This document shows positions 50,867-60,796 of a DNA stretch of 64,000 bases, one piece after another. The stretch is taken from positions 468,651 through 532,650 of the forward strand of contig JBEPZY010000002.1 in the NCBI GenBank assembly GCA_041640595.1. The letters are read 5' to 3'. The translations under genes were made by a program, and so were the position numbers. Source of the stretch: Gemmatales bacterium. Lineage in GTDB: Bacteria > Planctomycetota > Planctomycetia > Gemmatales > HRBIN36. Under the pieces are notes generated by a model. It had not been told where the DNA came from and did no database searches. It was given only the letters and a program-made list of their open reading frames with translations. Position 1 is the first letter of the stretch. Each line of letters opens with the position of its first letter.

Positions 50867-51346
50867 TTATCTCCGCGCCAGGGCCTGGACATTGTCATCG
50901 GGCGGACAGTTGCCAGGGTTGCGATGTAAATGCCACACATCGTACAGGTACAGCCAGAAAGGCAGCCACCAGATCAGATCATTGGTCAAGCAAACAAGCA
51001 GAGTGGCGGGTGGCCAGCGACCCACCCAGACCAGGTAGAACCACGCTAACGGCCCTAAGGTTTTGCCAGCCAATCCGACCGCGGCAATCGGCCAATCCTT
51101 TTCGAGAGAATATGCCACGCGAACATACAGTATTCCGTACAGTCCGAGCACCATTCCCAAGCAGGCAAAAATCTCAGGGTAATTGTTCCGCTCCATATCG
51201 AAGAGGCGGAAAAACCAGTCCGGATATGCAACGCTCAGCAGCCCCCAGTTCAGGTTATAGACGCCTGCGAGCAGAAAAACCGTTCGGTGCCAGTTCCGTC
51301 GGCGTAAACCTGTCGCCAAGCGAAACTTCTCCATTCTTTCACCCAT
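50867..51346 (-). CDS. Small membrane protein (domain also seen fused to peroxiredoxin-like proteins)
   Basis: AGVYNLNWG, YPEIFACLGM, GLAGKTLGP, TNDLIWWLPF; about 4 TMs. Confidence 0.7.
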   Translation of the reverse strand: MGERMEKFRLATGLRRRNWHRTVFLLAGVYNLNWGLLSVAYPDWFFRLFDMERNNYPEIFACLGMVLGLYGILYVRVAYSLEKDWPIAAVGLAGKTLGPLAWFYLVWVGRWPPATLLVCLTNDLIWWLPFWLYLYDVWHLHRNPGNCPPDDNVQALARR

Positions 51347-51589
51347 CCCTGGTCACCCGACGCCATCCGCTCTCTGCCTGCAATCTCCCACCTCGCCTCG
51401 GCTTGCCGCCTGCAAGTCCATGATAGTAAATCCCACACCGCCGGCACGAAAACTCTCTCTTACTGCCGCTAAATGCTGTACCGTTCTACCCGTCGAGAAT
51501 AAGGCAGCCAGGAATTCGATTGGTGAACTGCAATTGACGGTTGGCGAACGGCTGGGTACAAGGCGACGAAAGATGCAGCAACCAGCGGC

Positions 51590-51700
51590 GGAATCCTTCC
51601 AGATCATCGCAGCCGGGCTGGTGCAACCAAGAGGAGGCGAAGCAATGACGGCCTTGGTGTATGGAATCCTTCCAGGTAATCGCAGCAGGGTCGGTGCAAC
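51590..51700. repeat. 38-bp direct repeat, 2 copies, 73-bp period, upstream of skp
   Basis: GGAATCCTTCCAGATCATCGCAGCCGGGCTGGTGCAAC (51590-51627) vs GGAATCCTTCCAGGTAATCGCAGCAGGGTCGGTGCAAC (51663-51700), 33/38 identical. Confidence 0.85.
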
Positions 51701-51846
51701 AGCGCCATACGATGACCTGTTGACTTGAAACCAAGCCGGATTGCATAACTGGCAAACGGTTGGTACGCTGCTGGCTCGACGCCGAACAAACGCAGGCATC
51801 GCATTGCCCAATGGGTGCGAATTGCCATCAACAAAGGGGACTTACT

Positions 51847-52491
51847 ATGAAACGCCTCGGTACCTGGACGATCGCTTTTGTCCTGGGCTGGTTAGCTGGC
51901 ATCTGCGGCTGGCACTGGCTCCGTGCTCAGGCTCCAGCTTCACCACGACCACCCACGATTGCCTTCATCAACTATGCCGAAGTGATGCGCCAGTACGCCG
52001 AAGCAAATGACATCCGCAAGCAGATTCAGGCGGAAGAACAAAAATTCCTCGACCAGCTCCAGGCCAAGCAAAAGGAGATAGATGAGGTTCGCAAACAATG
52101 GCAAGCTGCCGAGCCCTCTCAGCGCGACCCCCTGGAGCGCAAGATTAAAGACCTGGAATATCAGTTCAACAATATCCGTTCCGATGCCCAGAAGCATTTG
52201 ACTCGCTTTGCCAACGAGCGCTGGTCGCAGGTTTATTTCAAAGTTTGGAACAAGGTGAAAGCCGTTGCCGAGTCCAGCGGTTACGAAGTGGTATTTCGCT
52301 TCAACGAAGATTGGCGCGATGCAAATAAACCGGAGGTCTTTTATCATCCTGATCGCGTAATGGCTCGCCTGATGGCCTCGAATCTCTGGCCCATGTATTA
52401 CCAGCGCACTGCGGATATTACCGGTCAGGTGATTGCCATACTGAATCGCGAGTATCAGGGAGGCGCCACTTCGTCAAGTACCGGCAAGTAG
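51847..52491 (+). CDS. skp: OmpH/Skp periplasmic chaperone
   Basis: Signal peptide, IAFINYAEVMRQY, long coiled coil, VAESSGYEVV, DITGQVIAILN; precedes lpxC. Confidence 0.85.
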   Translation: MKRLGTWTIAFVLGWLAGICGWHWLRAQAPASPRPPTIAFINYAEVMRQYAEANDIRKQIQAEEQKFLDQLQAKQKEIDEVRKQWQAAEPSQRDPLERKIKDLEYQFNNIRSDAQKHLTRFANERWSQVYFKVWNKVKAVAESSGYEVVFRFNEDWRDANKPEVFYHPDRVMARLMASNLWPMYYQRTADITGQVIAILNREYQGGATSSSTGK

Positions 52492-52640
52492 GCGAAGATT
52501 ACCAGCCAGTGTCGCGGACAAAATTGGCCGCGCTATCGGAGGTACTTATGGTCGCTGCCCACTGCTCGGAGCCGTTATCCCCTTCGGAGCCATGTTGCGA
52601 GGAGAAGCTGCTTAGCGATGTCGGTGCAGTTCCTATACAC

Positions 52641-53540
52641 GTGGTCAGCTGGCGTCGGCAACGCACCCTGGCCAAGCCCATCAAGCTTACAGCTCGGGGA
52701 CTACTCTATGGGCGGAATGTAAACCTGATGCTTATTCCGGCCCCTCCGAACACAGGGCGAGTTTTCCGTCGCGCTGATTTGCCTGACACACCCTTGATTC
52801 CAGCAGTAGCGGATCGGGTAAGCTCCACGCAAAGGCGTACCGTGCTGGGAACGGCACCGGCTCATGTTGAACTGGTCGAGCACGTTCTTGCTGCCCTGGC
52901 GGCGTTTATGGTGGACAATTGTATCCTAGAAATAGATCGTCCGGAGTTGCCCGGCTGGGATGGGTCGGTGCTACCTCTGGCTCATGCGTTATCAGAAACC
53001 GACATCGCGGAACAGGAAGCATGGATTCCTGTTATCACGCCACAATGGCCGCTGATTATCCGACACCATCACGCTTCTGTGGCGATCTATCCTAATAAGC
53101 GGCCGGAATTACATATCAGCTATTTCCTCGATTATGGCCATTGGGCGGTCATTGCGCCGCAACGCTTCGGTTGCTGTGTTACTCCCGAAACCTTTATTAA
53201 CTCCATAGCGGGCAGCCGCACTTTTTTGCTGCTTGAGGAGGTCCAAGCCTTACGCCGGCAGGGCGTGGGTATAGAGACGGGGCCGGAACAGGTGTTGGTT
53301 TTCACCCCTCAGGGCGTGCTTGCGAATCGCCTTCGCTGGGCGGATGAGCCCGCGCGCCATAAGACTCTCGATCTACTCGGTGATTTATCACTTGTCGGTC
53401 TGCCTCTGGCGGGACATGTTTTCGCCTGCCGTTCAGGGCACACTCTGAATGTTGCATTGGCTAAATGCCTTCGACGTAGTCTAATATCAAGTGGTATTTT
53501 GAACACTAACAGTCATCTGTGCCAATCATCCGCGGCATGA
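52641..53540 (+). CDS. lpxC: UDP-3-O-acyl-GlcNAc deacetylase (start uncertain; ORF opens at 52509)
   Basis: QRTLAKP, VEHVLAAL, PGWDGS, SRTF, HKTLDLLGDL, SGHTLN zinc motifs. Confidence 0.9.
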   Translation: MVSWRRQRTLAKPIKLTARGLLYGRNVNLMLIPAPPNTGRVFRRADLPDTPLIPAVADRVSSTQRRTVLGTAPAHVELVEHVLAALAAFMVDNCILEIDRPELPGWDGSVLPLAHALSETDIAEQEAWIPVITPQWPLIIRHHHASVAIYPNKRPELHISYFLDYGHWAVIAPQRFGCCVTPETFINSIAGSRTFLLLEEVQALRRQGVGIETGPEQVLVFTPQGVLANRLRWADEPARHKTLDLLGDLSLVGLPLAGHVFACRSGHTLNVALAKCLRRSLISSGILNTNSHLCQSSAA

Positions 53541-53558
53541 GGTCGGGAAAGCACTAAT

Positions 53559-54581
53559 ATGGCCCCCCTGCGTGTCGGCGTGGTCGGTTTAGGGCACATG
53601 GGTAAAGAACATGCCCGAATCCTGGCCACGCTCCCGGATGCAAAGCTAGCGGCAGTAGCGGACCTGGACGCGAACACGCGCGACACCATCGCACGGAAAT
53701 ACGAGACCCGTGCCTTTGCTGATCACCGTCAGCTAATCGGTCTGGTAGATGCCGTAATCATCGCTGTTCCAACTTACGCTCACTATGAGGTGGCCAGCGA
53801 TTTCCTGCGACACAGGGTACCGTGTCTGGTAGAAAAACCGCTGGCGAGCAATCTGGAACAGGCCGAACAGCTGGTGCAATTGAGCCGCGAGTTTAATACG
53901 CTCTTGCAAGTGGGACATATCGAGCGATTTAATCCTGCGCTGCTGGACCTTGAAAAACGGCCAATCCGGCCTCATTTTATCCAGGGCCAGCGGCTCTCGA
54001 TGTTTAGTGGGCGATGCTTAGATGTCGGGGTTGTTCTCGATCTTATGATTCACGACCTGGATGTGCTGCTGGCTCTGGTACGCAGTCCGGTAGTGGAGGT
54101 CGAGGCGGTAGGCGTCAGCTTGTTTGGTGGCCATGAGGATATAGCGGAAGCCCGGCTCAGGTTTGCCAACGGATGTGTAGCAACCTTGACAGCCAGCCGG
54201 ATCAGTGTTCGACCCTTACGGCGTATGATTGTTTACTCCCCTGAAGGTTACGTCGAGCTTGATTTTTTTCGTAAGCATACCCTAATTGTGCAGCCTTCTG
54301 AGAAAGCTAAGCAACTCGGCTGGAGGCCAGAGCAATTGGATATCAGTCTGGTCGGCCTGCTACGTGAAAAGCTGTTCGGACAATGGTTAGAGGTACGGGA
54401 GTTCAACCACGATGAAGGGGACCAGCTTACCGAGGAAATTCGCCATTTTCTTTACTGCGTGCGAACTGGAGCCCGGCCGAGGGTAACGGGAGAAGATGGA
54501 CGGGACGCTATCGCTCTGGCAGAACGCATCCTTGATAAAATTCGTGCCAGTCCACTATATGCCCAGCGCCGGGCCGCTTAG
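53559..54581 (+). CDS. Gfo/Idh/MocA oxidoreductase, GnnA-like
   Basis: GVVGLGHMG, VEKP, QVGHIERFNPA, DVGVVLDLMIHDLD, TASRIS; adjacent to lpxC. Confidence 0.88.
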   Translation: MAPLRVGVVGLGHMGKEHARILATLPDAKLAAVADLDANTRDTIARKYETRAFADHRQLIGLVDAVIIAVPTYAHYEVASDFLRHRVPCLVEKPLASNLEQAEQLVQLSREFNTLLQVGHIERFNPALLDLEKRPIRPHFIQGQRLSMFSGRCLDVGVVLDLMIHDLDVLLALVRSPVVEVEAVGVSLFGGHEDIAEARLRFANGCVATLTASRISVRPLRRMIVYSPEGYVELDFFRKHTLIVQPSEKAKQLGWRPEQLDISLVGLLREKLFGQWLEVREFNHDEGDQLTEEIRHFLYCVRTGARPRVTGEDGRDAIALAERILDKIRASPLYAQRRAA

Positions 54582-54725
54582 CTAACGCCTACGCCGATGT
54601 TCTTCCTTATCTATCGCAAGACCATCTGATATAGATTGAGTGTTTGATCCCAACCCGAAGGAAGTTTCGCCTTGGCTTCTGGACAAATGATTAGCTGGTT
54701 GATATAGGCGATTGCCGGAATAGAC

Positions 54726-55982
54726 CTAACGCCCAGCGATCAGGATGCGATCCTTGTAAAAGAGGAGGCTCGCAAAACTGACACTTTCAAAACCGTTAGG
54801 AGCTACGTATTGTTCGTAGTGAAGCAGCTGACCGCGGTTAGGCTCGAGCACCGACATTAAGGTATAAGTCGGAGGAAACCCACAGATGCGTCGCCGGTCG
54901 CGTTCCTCAAGCAGGGTACGGAAAAAACCGTGGCGATCACTGGCGGCCATCCGGGCTAATAAAGCCTGGTCGCGGTGGCGACTTTCTTCCAGCCATTCAG
55001 TGTGCACAGGAGATGGGTCGCCAAACTTCGGGCCTATATGTGCCAGATCGCCACTGGCAATGTAAAAGACACGGGCACCGCTTTCACGCTCTGCGGTTTG
55101 CAGGGCCACCAGCATCTGGGCTATGTCCGGTATCTCTTCCGGTAAGCGCTCCTGAACAATGCAGTCGTGGAACGAGCCGACAACGATGGGAACAATGCGG
55201 AAGGGCCGGTCGGGAAAACAGTATTGCAAGAAGAGCACCTGAAGTTCGATGGAATGCTCTGGCCAGTGAGCTGGTTCATCATCAAAGAGGCCATCTCCGT
55301 AACTCTCAGTAATCAGGCGAACGTAATCCCGATCGGTAACCACCTTACCCAACGGCGTCTCGAAATCGCGCTGTGTTATAGTGAATCTATGTCCACTATA
55401 ATGAGCCGTGCCGAGAATGACGAAGATATCTGCCTGAGTATGCTCGATAAGCTCCTTATAAGCCCAGGCATAGCTATGTCCACCGCGGTGATAATCAATA
55501 TGGGGAATCAGGGCTCCGCGTAAAGCATGGGTGTAAGTACCGTTGCGGAGCAAGGTTTCGGGATCAATGCCGGGGCCTCCGGGTCTTAGAAATTGTTGCC
55601 GCAAGTGTTCGCGCGCCCGGTCCGGCTCGGGGGGATAGACACCTAAACATGCCGGCGGCCGAACCTGGATACTGGCGAAATGCTCTCGAAATCGTCCCCC
55701 ATCTAAAAGCAATGCCTCGTCCAGATGTCGTGTGATGTTCTCCAACCATTCGAGAGGTACCAGTGTTCCTCCCGTGAACCGCATCAATTCTAATTGCAGA
55801 TCGCGCAGAGAACGGCTGCCGTCGAGCATTTCAACAATGGGCACCAGTTCCAAAGGAATACGTATCGCCCGATCGCTGAGCCTGGCCTGATCGAAGAGCC
55901 AGACAAATCTCTGATCTTGCTCGTCCGGCACGGCACTTACGGAAGGCCGCAGACGCGGTTTCTCCGGCAATGCTGAGGCCAT
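54726..55982 (-). CDS. AmmeMemoRadiSam system protein B (MEMO1 family) with N-terminal extension
   Basis: PHIDY, GTAH, FETPLG, EHSIELQ, SGDLAH.G, ICG; AGGAG RBS. Confidence 0.88.
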   Translation of the reverse strand: MASALPEKPRLRPSVSAVPDEQDQRFVWLFDQARLSDRAIRIPLELVPIVEMLDGSRSLRDLQLELMRFTGGTLVPLEWLENITRHLDEALLLDGGRFREHFASIQVRPPACLGVYPPEPDRAREHLRQQFLRPGGPGIDPETLLRNGTYTHALRGALIPHIDYHRGGHSYAWAYKELIEHTQADIFVILGTAHYSGHRFTITQRDFETPLGKVVTDRDYVRLITESYGDGLFDDEPAHWPEHSIELQVLFLQYCFPDRPFRIVPIVVGSFHDCIVQERLPEEIPDIAQMLVALQTAERESGARVFYIASGDLAHIGPKFGDPSPVHTEWLEESRHRDQALLARMAASDRHGFFRTLLEERDRRRICGFPPTYTLMSVLEPNRGQLLHYEQYVAPNGFESVSFASLLFYKDRILIAGR

Positions 55983-56200
55983 GAGTATTCTCCTGAGCAA
56001 AAGTGATTGCGAGGCTTATCCCGGCGCTAACACATTTTTGGCCTGCACCCTGCAAAAATCAAGGCAGTGAAAACGTACACCTGGTGTGCGATATTTCACG
56101 GTTCTAACCTGGCCTGGCATCATTTTATTGCGGTTAAAAAAAGCCAGCAGGGATGCCGAAGCATCCCCGCTGACCAGGAAAGGAGGAGGAACCGGCTCGA

Positions 56201-56605
56201 TCAAGGCGTGGTGGCCAAGCGTACTTCCTCTCTGCGGACTGGTTCTTCGGAGGCGAGTAGCTCTAATTGATGTACCAGCTCCTTTACTCCCTTGCGCATT
56301 TGTTGCAACTGGGTCAGGGCCTGATCGCGTTCCTTAGTGCGATCATTGAGTTGCTCTTTGACCTCTTGCAATTGTCGGGCCAGCTCACGTAATTGCTGCA
56401 CCTCGGCAATCAAGCGATCTCGCTCCGTCTTGACTTCCTTCAATTCCTTGCGCAGGACCGAAGCCTGTTGTTGCAGGTTCGCTAATTCTTCTTCAAGCAG
56501 TTGCATTTTTTGCTTAGCTTGAGAACCCGATCCGCTCTGAGCACAACCCCATACGGTAACCGCAGCCAGAAGACCCAGGACTAAGGTGGCTCGATGTCTT
56601 TGCAT
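56201..56605 (-). CDS. Coiled-coil lipoprotein, hypothetical
   Basis: Lipobox VWGC; heptad-rich; AAGGAG RBS. Confidence 0.75.
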   Translation of the reverse strand: MQRHRATLVLGLLAAVTVWGCAQSGSGSQAKQKMQLLEEELANLQQQASVLRKELKEVKTERDRLIAEVQQLRELARQLQEVKEQLNDRTKERDQALTQLQQMRKGVKELVHQLELLASEEPVRREEVRLATTP

Positions 56606-56888
56606 GGTGCGCTCCTTTGTGTTGCTTGGTTGCGATACTTGATACCGGCTCTAATTTCCCGGCGTCAAACTTTATGTCGGCAACGCTGGCTACGTACTTT
56701 ACGTGAACCTGGCTGGTTTTCGGTATCGTCCTGTCTTGACCCACCATGCGCAACCGATATGATAGTTACAATCGGCAGCGGCTATTTCTACGGACCTGGT
56801 GGCGGGCGGCCGTCATACGAAAGCTTCTTCAGGCTTAGATGAGTAAAGGTTTCACCACTGCTCGCGGAAATTATCTGGGAGCCGTGCG

Positions 56889-57665
56889 ATGTTCCTTTTC
56901 TTGCCGTATCACGTTGATGTACCTATGCAACGCATACCCTGGGCGAACTGGGTTCTTATAGCGGTTACTTCGTTATTCAGTCTGGCAGGTATAGGAGCGA
57001 ACTGGGAGTTCGGCTCGGATGCCTGGATGTGGAAGTGGTGCCTGCATCGAGAAAATTTCCGACTTTATCAACTCCTTACCTTCCAACTGGTGCATGCCGA
57101 CGTGGTGCATTTGTTTCTCAACATGTACTTTCTATTTCTTTTTGGCAATGCCGTAAACGCGAAAATAGGCCATGCGCGGTTTTTATCGCTCTATTTCGCC
57201 CTGGGAGCGTTTACGGGTCTGGTTTGGGCGGTGACCGATTCGGCGGACATGCTCCTGGGAGCTTCGGGTGCTGTCTGCGTGATCACAGGGATGTTCCTTA
57301 TCCTATATCCGTTCAACGAAGTGGCGGTTTTTTATGGCTGGTATATTTATCGCGCTGGCGACATGGGCGTAATGTATATGAGCTCGATTTGGCTAATCCT
57401 GGCCTATATTGTCTATGACCTGACGGGATGTTTTCTCTGGCGTCATGAGCCGATTGCATACATATCTCACCTTACTGGCTATTTTCTGGGAATTGCCGCT
57501 GCGGTGGCGCTCTTATTGGGTGGCTGGATTAAACCGGCGGAAGGCGAAGAGACCCTGTTGCAGTATCTAAACATTCACGGACCCGCAGCTATACGGCGAC
57601 GACATAAGAAAAAGCGGTCGCTGATTCGCCGCCAGCCAGGTTCAGAAGAACTTACGGAGCAATAG
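56889..57665 (+). CDS. Rhomboid-family intramembrane serine protease
   Basis: HADVVHLFLNMYFLFLFG, GASG catalytic Ser, SHLTG catalytic His. Confidence 0.92.
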   Translation: MFLFLPYHVDVPMQRIPWANWVLIAVTSLFSLAGIGANWEFGSDAWMWKWCLHRENFRLYQLLTFQLVHADVVHLFLNMYFLFLFGNAVNAKIGHARFLSLYFALGAFTGLVWAVTDSADMLLGASGAVCVITGMFLILYPFNEVAVFYGWYIYRAGDMGVMYMSSIWLILAYIVYDLTGCFLWRHEPIAYISHLTGYFLGIAAAVALLLGGWIKPAEGEETLLQYLNIHGPAAIRRRHKKKRSLIRRQPGSEELTEQ

Positions 57666-57902
57666 TCACCCGGCACTTCCTGGACCGACTGGAACCGCTG
57701 ATGATGGAGACTTGCCCCAAGGTAGCACATCCCGGCGTCGGCTATCAAGGTAGCGAGCCAGCATCGTTTTCCCGAGTTTATCCGCGTGCAGTGGTACCTA
57801 TAATATGGAGATGTTACCGCGTGAGTCCGCACAGAAGCGAGCTTGCGTAGGGCAATTTTCATAACCTGCGGCAGAAAGTAACACTCATTATTGGAGCAAG
57901 GT

Positions 57903-58784
57903 ATGCAGCAATGGACAGAACGTGAAGAGCAAGCGGCCCGCTGGCTTATAGAGCGAGCATTGGCCGAGGATTTAGATATTGCCGGGGACATAACCACGCA
58001 AACTCTTATTCCCGGCGAGGCATTTGGTAGAGCAAACGTGGTAGCTCGACAGGATGGTGTGGTTTGCGGATTGCCGATCCCAGGCATGGTTTGGCACCAG
58101 CTCGCCAAAAAAATAGGTATCCGCTGGCACGTTGGCGACGGCGATCGTGTGCGCGCGGGAATGGTGTTCGGTGAAGTTAGTGGTCCGCTGGCCGATATTC
58201 TTACCGCAGAACGCACTGTACTGAATTTCCTGCAGCGCCTTAGCGGAATTGCCAGCTTGACCCGCCGCTTCGTGGACGCTGTGAGTGGTACAGGGTGCTT
58301 GATTCTCGACACTCGCAAAACCACACCGGGCTGGCGAATTCTTGAAAAATACGCCGTGCGCTGCGGGGGCGGGGTCAACCATCGCCTGGGACTTTATGAC
58401 GGCATCCTGATCAAGGATAATCACCTAGCGATTCTCAGGCAGCAAGGTCTTTCTGTGCAAGAGGCGATTAAGAGGGTGCGTGAGCGATTCGGACGCTCCT
58501 ATCCCATAGAAATCGAGGCCGACACATTAGAGGAAGTTACTGTTGCTTTGCAATCCGGGGCTGATATTATCCTTCTGGACAACATGGATCCGGCAAAGAT
58601 ACGGCAAGCTGTCGCGTTGCGGAATGATATAGCACCTCACGTTATATTAGAGGCATCCGGAGGTATTAGCTTAGCAAATGTTAGGGCGGTTGCCGAAACA
58701 GGTGTAGAACGTATCAGCATTGGGGCACTGACGCATTCTGCCCCCGCGCTTGACATTGGTCTGGACTATCTTGGGCCCAACTGA
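57903..58784 (+). CDS. nadC: Nicotinate-nucleotide diphosphorylase (carboxylating)
   Basis: ALAED..GDITT, AERTVLN, DTRKTTPG, HRLGLYD, IKDNH, LLDNM, EASGGI. Confidence 0.97.
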   Translation: MQQWTEREEQAARWLIERALAEDLDIAGDITTQTLIPGEAFGRANVVARQDGVVCGLPIPGMVWHQLAKKIGIRWHVGDGDRVRAGMVFGEVSGPLADILTAERTVLNFLQRLSGIASLTRRFVDAVSGTGCLILDTRKTTPGWRILEKYAVRCGGGVNHRLGLYDGILIKDNHLAILRQQGLSVQEAIKRVRERFGRSYPIEIEADTLEEVTVALQSGADIILLDNMDPAKIRQAVALRNDIAPHVILEASGGISLANVRAVAETGVERISIGALTHSAPALDIGLDYLGPN

Positions 58785-58793
58785 GAGCCGAAA

Positions 58794-59657
58794 TTAAGGG
58801 GGTGGAACTGGATCATCCGGTTTGGCTTTGGTTATCGGCTGGGGAAACAGAGCCTGGTTGTCACGTGCAGGAGAAACACGTTCCAGGTCACCTACAAAGC
58901 TAAGCAATAGCAAATGCGTGTGTCCCTTTTGGGGATCATCGAATATAGTGCTGCCAAAAGAAGGGACCTGTTCTCGACTGGCGCCCAGGAGCAGAGTTTC
59001 AAGGGGTCTAAGTGTAAGTGTAGCCGCTAGGAATGGAAACCGTGTTTCGCTCAGTGGCACTGCTAACGGCCAGGATGATTGGCCTGGCAAGAGCAGCCGG
59101 GTTGCGTCGGATTGCTGATGGCGGATCACTGGTTCGATGCGTAAACCGATACCATCTTCGTGTCGGCCCAGAAATTCCAGAAGTAAACCTCCTTGGGCCT
59201 GGCTAAATTCGGCCACGGAACATTCGCCGGCATAGTAAACCGGGCAGGTCAAATAAGCGACCGGCTCCGACATGGCGAGGAAATGAGTCTTGCCGGGACG
59301 CAGGAACAAATGAGACGCCTTGGGTGGCGAGGATAAGCAAGAGTCCGAATTTCGCCAGGCAGCGGGATCAGCACGCGCGAGCACACCGATACGGAAACCA
59401 TTGGTTCTAAGTAACGGGCGGAGATGGGCGGGAATAATCTGTTCATCGGCATCCCGCCAGATAAGTGCAAAGCTTTCTCCGGCTGACAGCGGAAAAACGA
59501 TGTCATATAAGCGGAATGCGGCAATGTCGTCGGGAAGCGTTAGACGTAAACCTTTGCGAAATTCTTGCTGGGGAAAATCACGTGGCAGCCAGGAATCCAG
59601 GTTCCAGCAGCCAAGCAGGCTTAACGCTGCTAATAGGGCGCACCCTATACATCGCAT
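58794..59657 (-). CDS. Hypothetical lipoprotein
   Basis: Lipobox LLGC; beta-rich C-terminal half; convergent with nadC. Confidence 0.65.
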   Translation of the reverse strand: MRCIGCALLAALSLLGCWNLDSWLPRDFPQQEFRKGLRLTLPDDIAAFRLYDIVFPLSAGESFALIWRDADEQIIPAHLRPLLRTNGFRIGVLARADPAAWRNSDSCLSSPPKASHLFLRPGKTHFLAMSEPVAYLTCPVYYAGECSVAEFSQAQGGLLLEFLGRHEDGIGLRIEPVIRHQQSDATRLLLPGQSSWPLAVPLSETRFPFLAATLTLRPLETLLLGASREQVPSFGSTIFDDPQKGHTHLLLLSFVGDLERVSPARDNQALFPQPITKAKPDDPVPPP

Positions 59658-59799
59658 GAGGAGCAAAGAGAGACTTTTACGAGTGATATATGGCTCTAAA
59701 TTCGTTTTGTTGCATAAGCAAGGTGCCTGGGTTGCTGATCGGAAATCCGGCACCAGCTAATTGGCAAGCCGCGGTCAGGATTGCAGCGAGGGCGAAGAG

Positions 59800-60450
59800 C
59801 TAATAGGTCGGTTGGGACTGGCGGGAGCGATGCCGGGGCCAGAAACGTTTCACCAGAGCCGAGAACCGATGCCGCCAAATCTCGCGGCGCATCTGCCAGC
59901 GACTGGTCATCCAGTTCATTTGCAAAACGCGACGTGGGCCGGCATAAGGTTTGTGGCCATGCCAGGAGTTGTCGGTGCGGCGAAAGGCCAGGAGCGTGCC
60001 TTCTATAGGCGGTACCTCGACCAGCACATCGTCCAGGTTGTGAGGCGAACGCAGCAGGCGAAGTCGGCCACCGTCCGCTTCCCACTCCGGGTTGAGGTAC
60101 ACCAGTACCGTGATCAATTTGGAAGGCGTGTCCGTGTGAATCTGGCCGTCCGTTTCCCGGCACCAGCCGCGAACCGTCAGCATGATGGGACGGTGTTTCA
60201 GCGACAAGCCGAACTTGCTTTCAAAAGCCTGGCAAACCGCATCGCCAGTCATTTCTTCCACCAACGTGCGGAAGGCCGGGCCATAAGTCAATTCTGCCAG
60301 AGGAAAACTCCCCGGATGTTCGATTTTGGGAAAATCGGCATGGATGGCTGGCAGTGCCTCTTTGCGGACAAAACCAGGCACGATCAGATACGGAAACGGT
60401 TCGTGCACTAACGGAGTAGCATGGAATGCATCGAGGTTTAGGTACGACAT
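59800..60450 (-). CDS. 2OG-Fe(II) oxygenase (prolyl-4-hydroxylase-like)
   Basis: EPFPY, IHTD (HxD), LVYLN, GGRL, SWHG, RR. Confidence 0.9.
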   Translation of the reverse strand: MSYLNLDAFHATPLVHEPFPYLIVPGFVRKEALPAIHADFPKIEHPGSFPLAELTYGPAFRTLVEEMTGDAVCQAFESKFGLSLKHRPIMLTVRGWCRETDGQIHTDTPSKLITVLVYLNPEWEADGGRLRLLRSPHNLDDVLVEVPPIEGTLLAFRRTDNSWHGHKPYAGPRRVLQMNWMTSRWQMRREIWRHRFSALVKRFWPRHRSRQSQPTY

Positions 60451-60796
60451 CTTTTTGCCTCCTCTGTTCCGTTGGGCCAAGTGCGGCGGGACTGTAGGTC
60501 AGCCCATCGCTTTTGTCAAGACATACTGGGGGCCGGGGCTGTATAAAGCAGCTACTGCAATGGAGAAGGCTTTTTGCAACAGCCCCAGGAGGAAACCTCG
60601 CCGTGCTTGAAAAATAAAGGAAAAATGCATCAAAGACTCCCCGCATGCAAAAGGGAACACTGATCCTTGCCAGCGACGCTCACCTGGCAACTGCAAGACA
60701 TAAGGCGGTTCAGGTGGGACACGTAACCTCCTTCTTAGTCAAAAACCCGACAGTAATTCCAAAAATAAGGCGGTTCGGCTAAGCAAAAAGGAACAC

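Noticed and set aside
51350..51840. tmRNA or RNase P RNA in the long intergenic gap
   Set aside because: No tRNA-like ends, tag ORF or GAGGAAAGTCC motif on either strand
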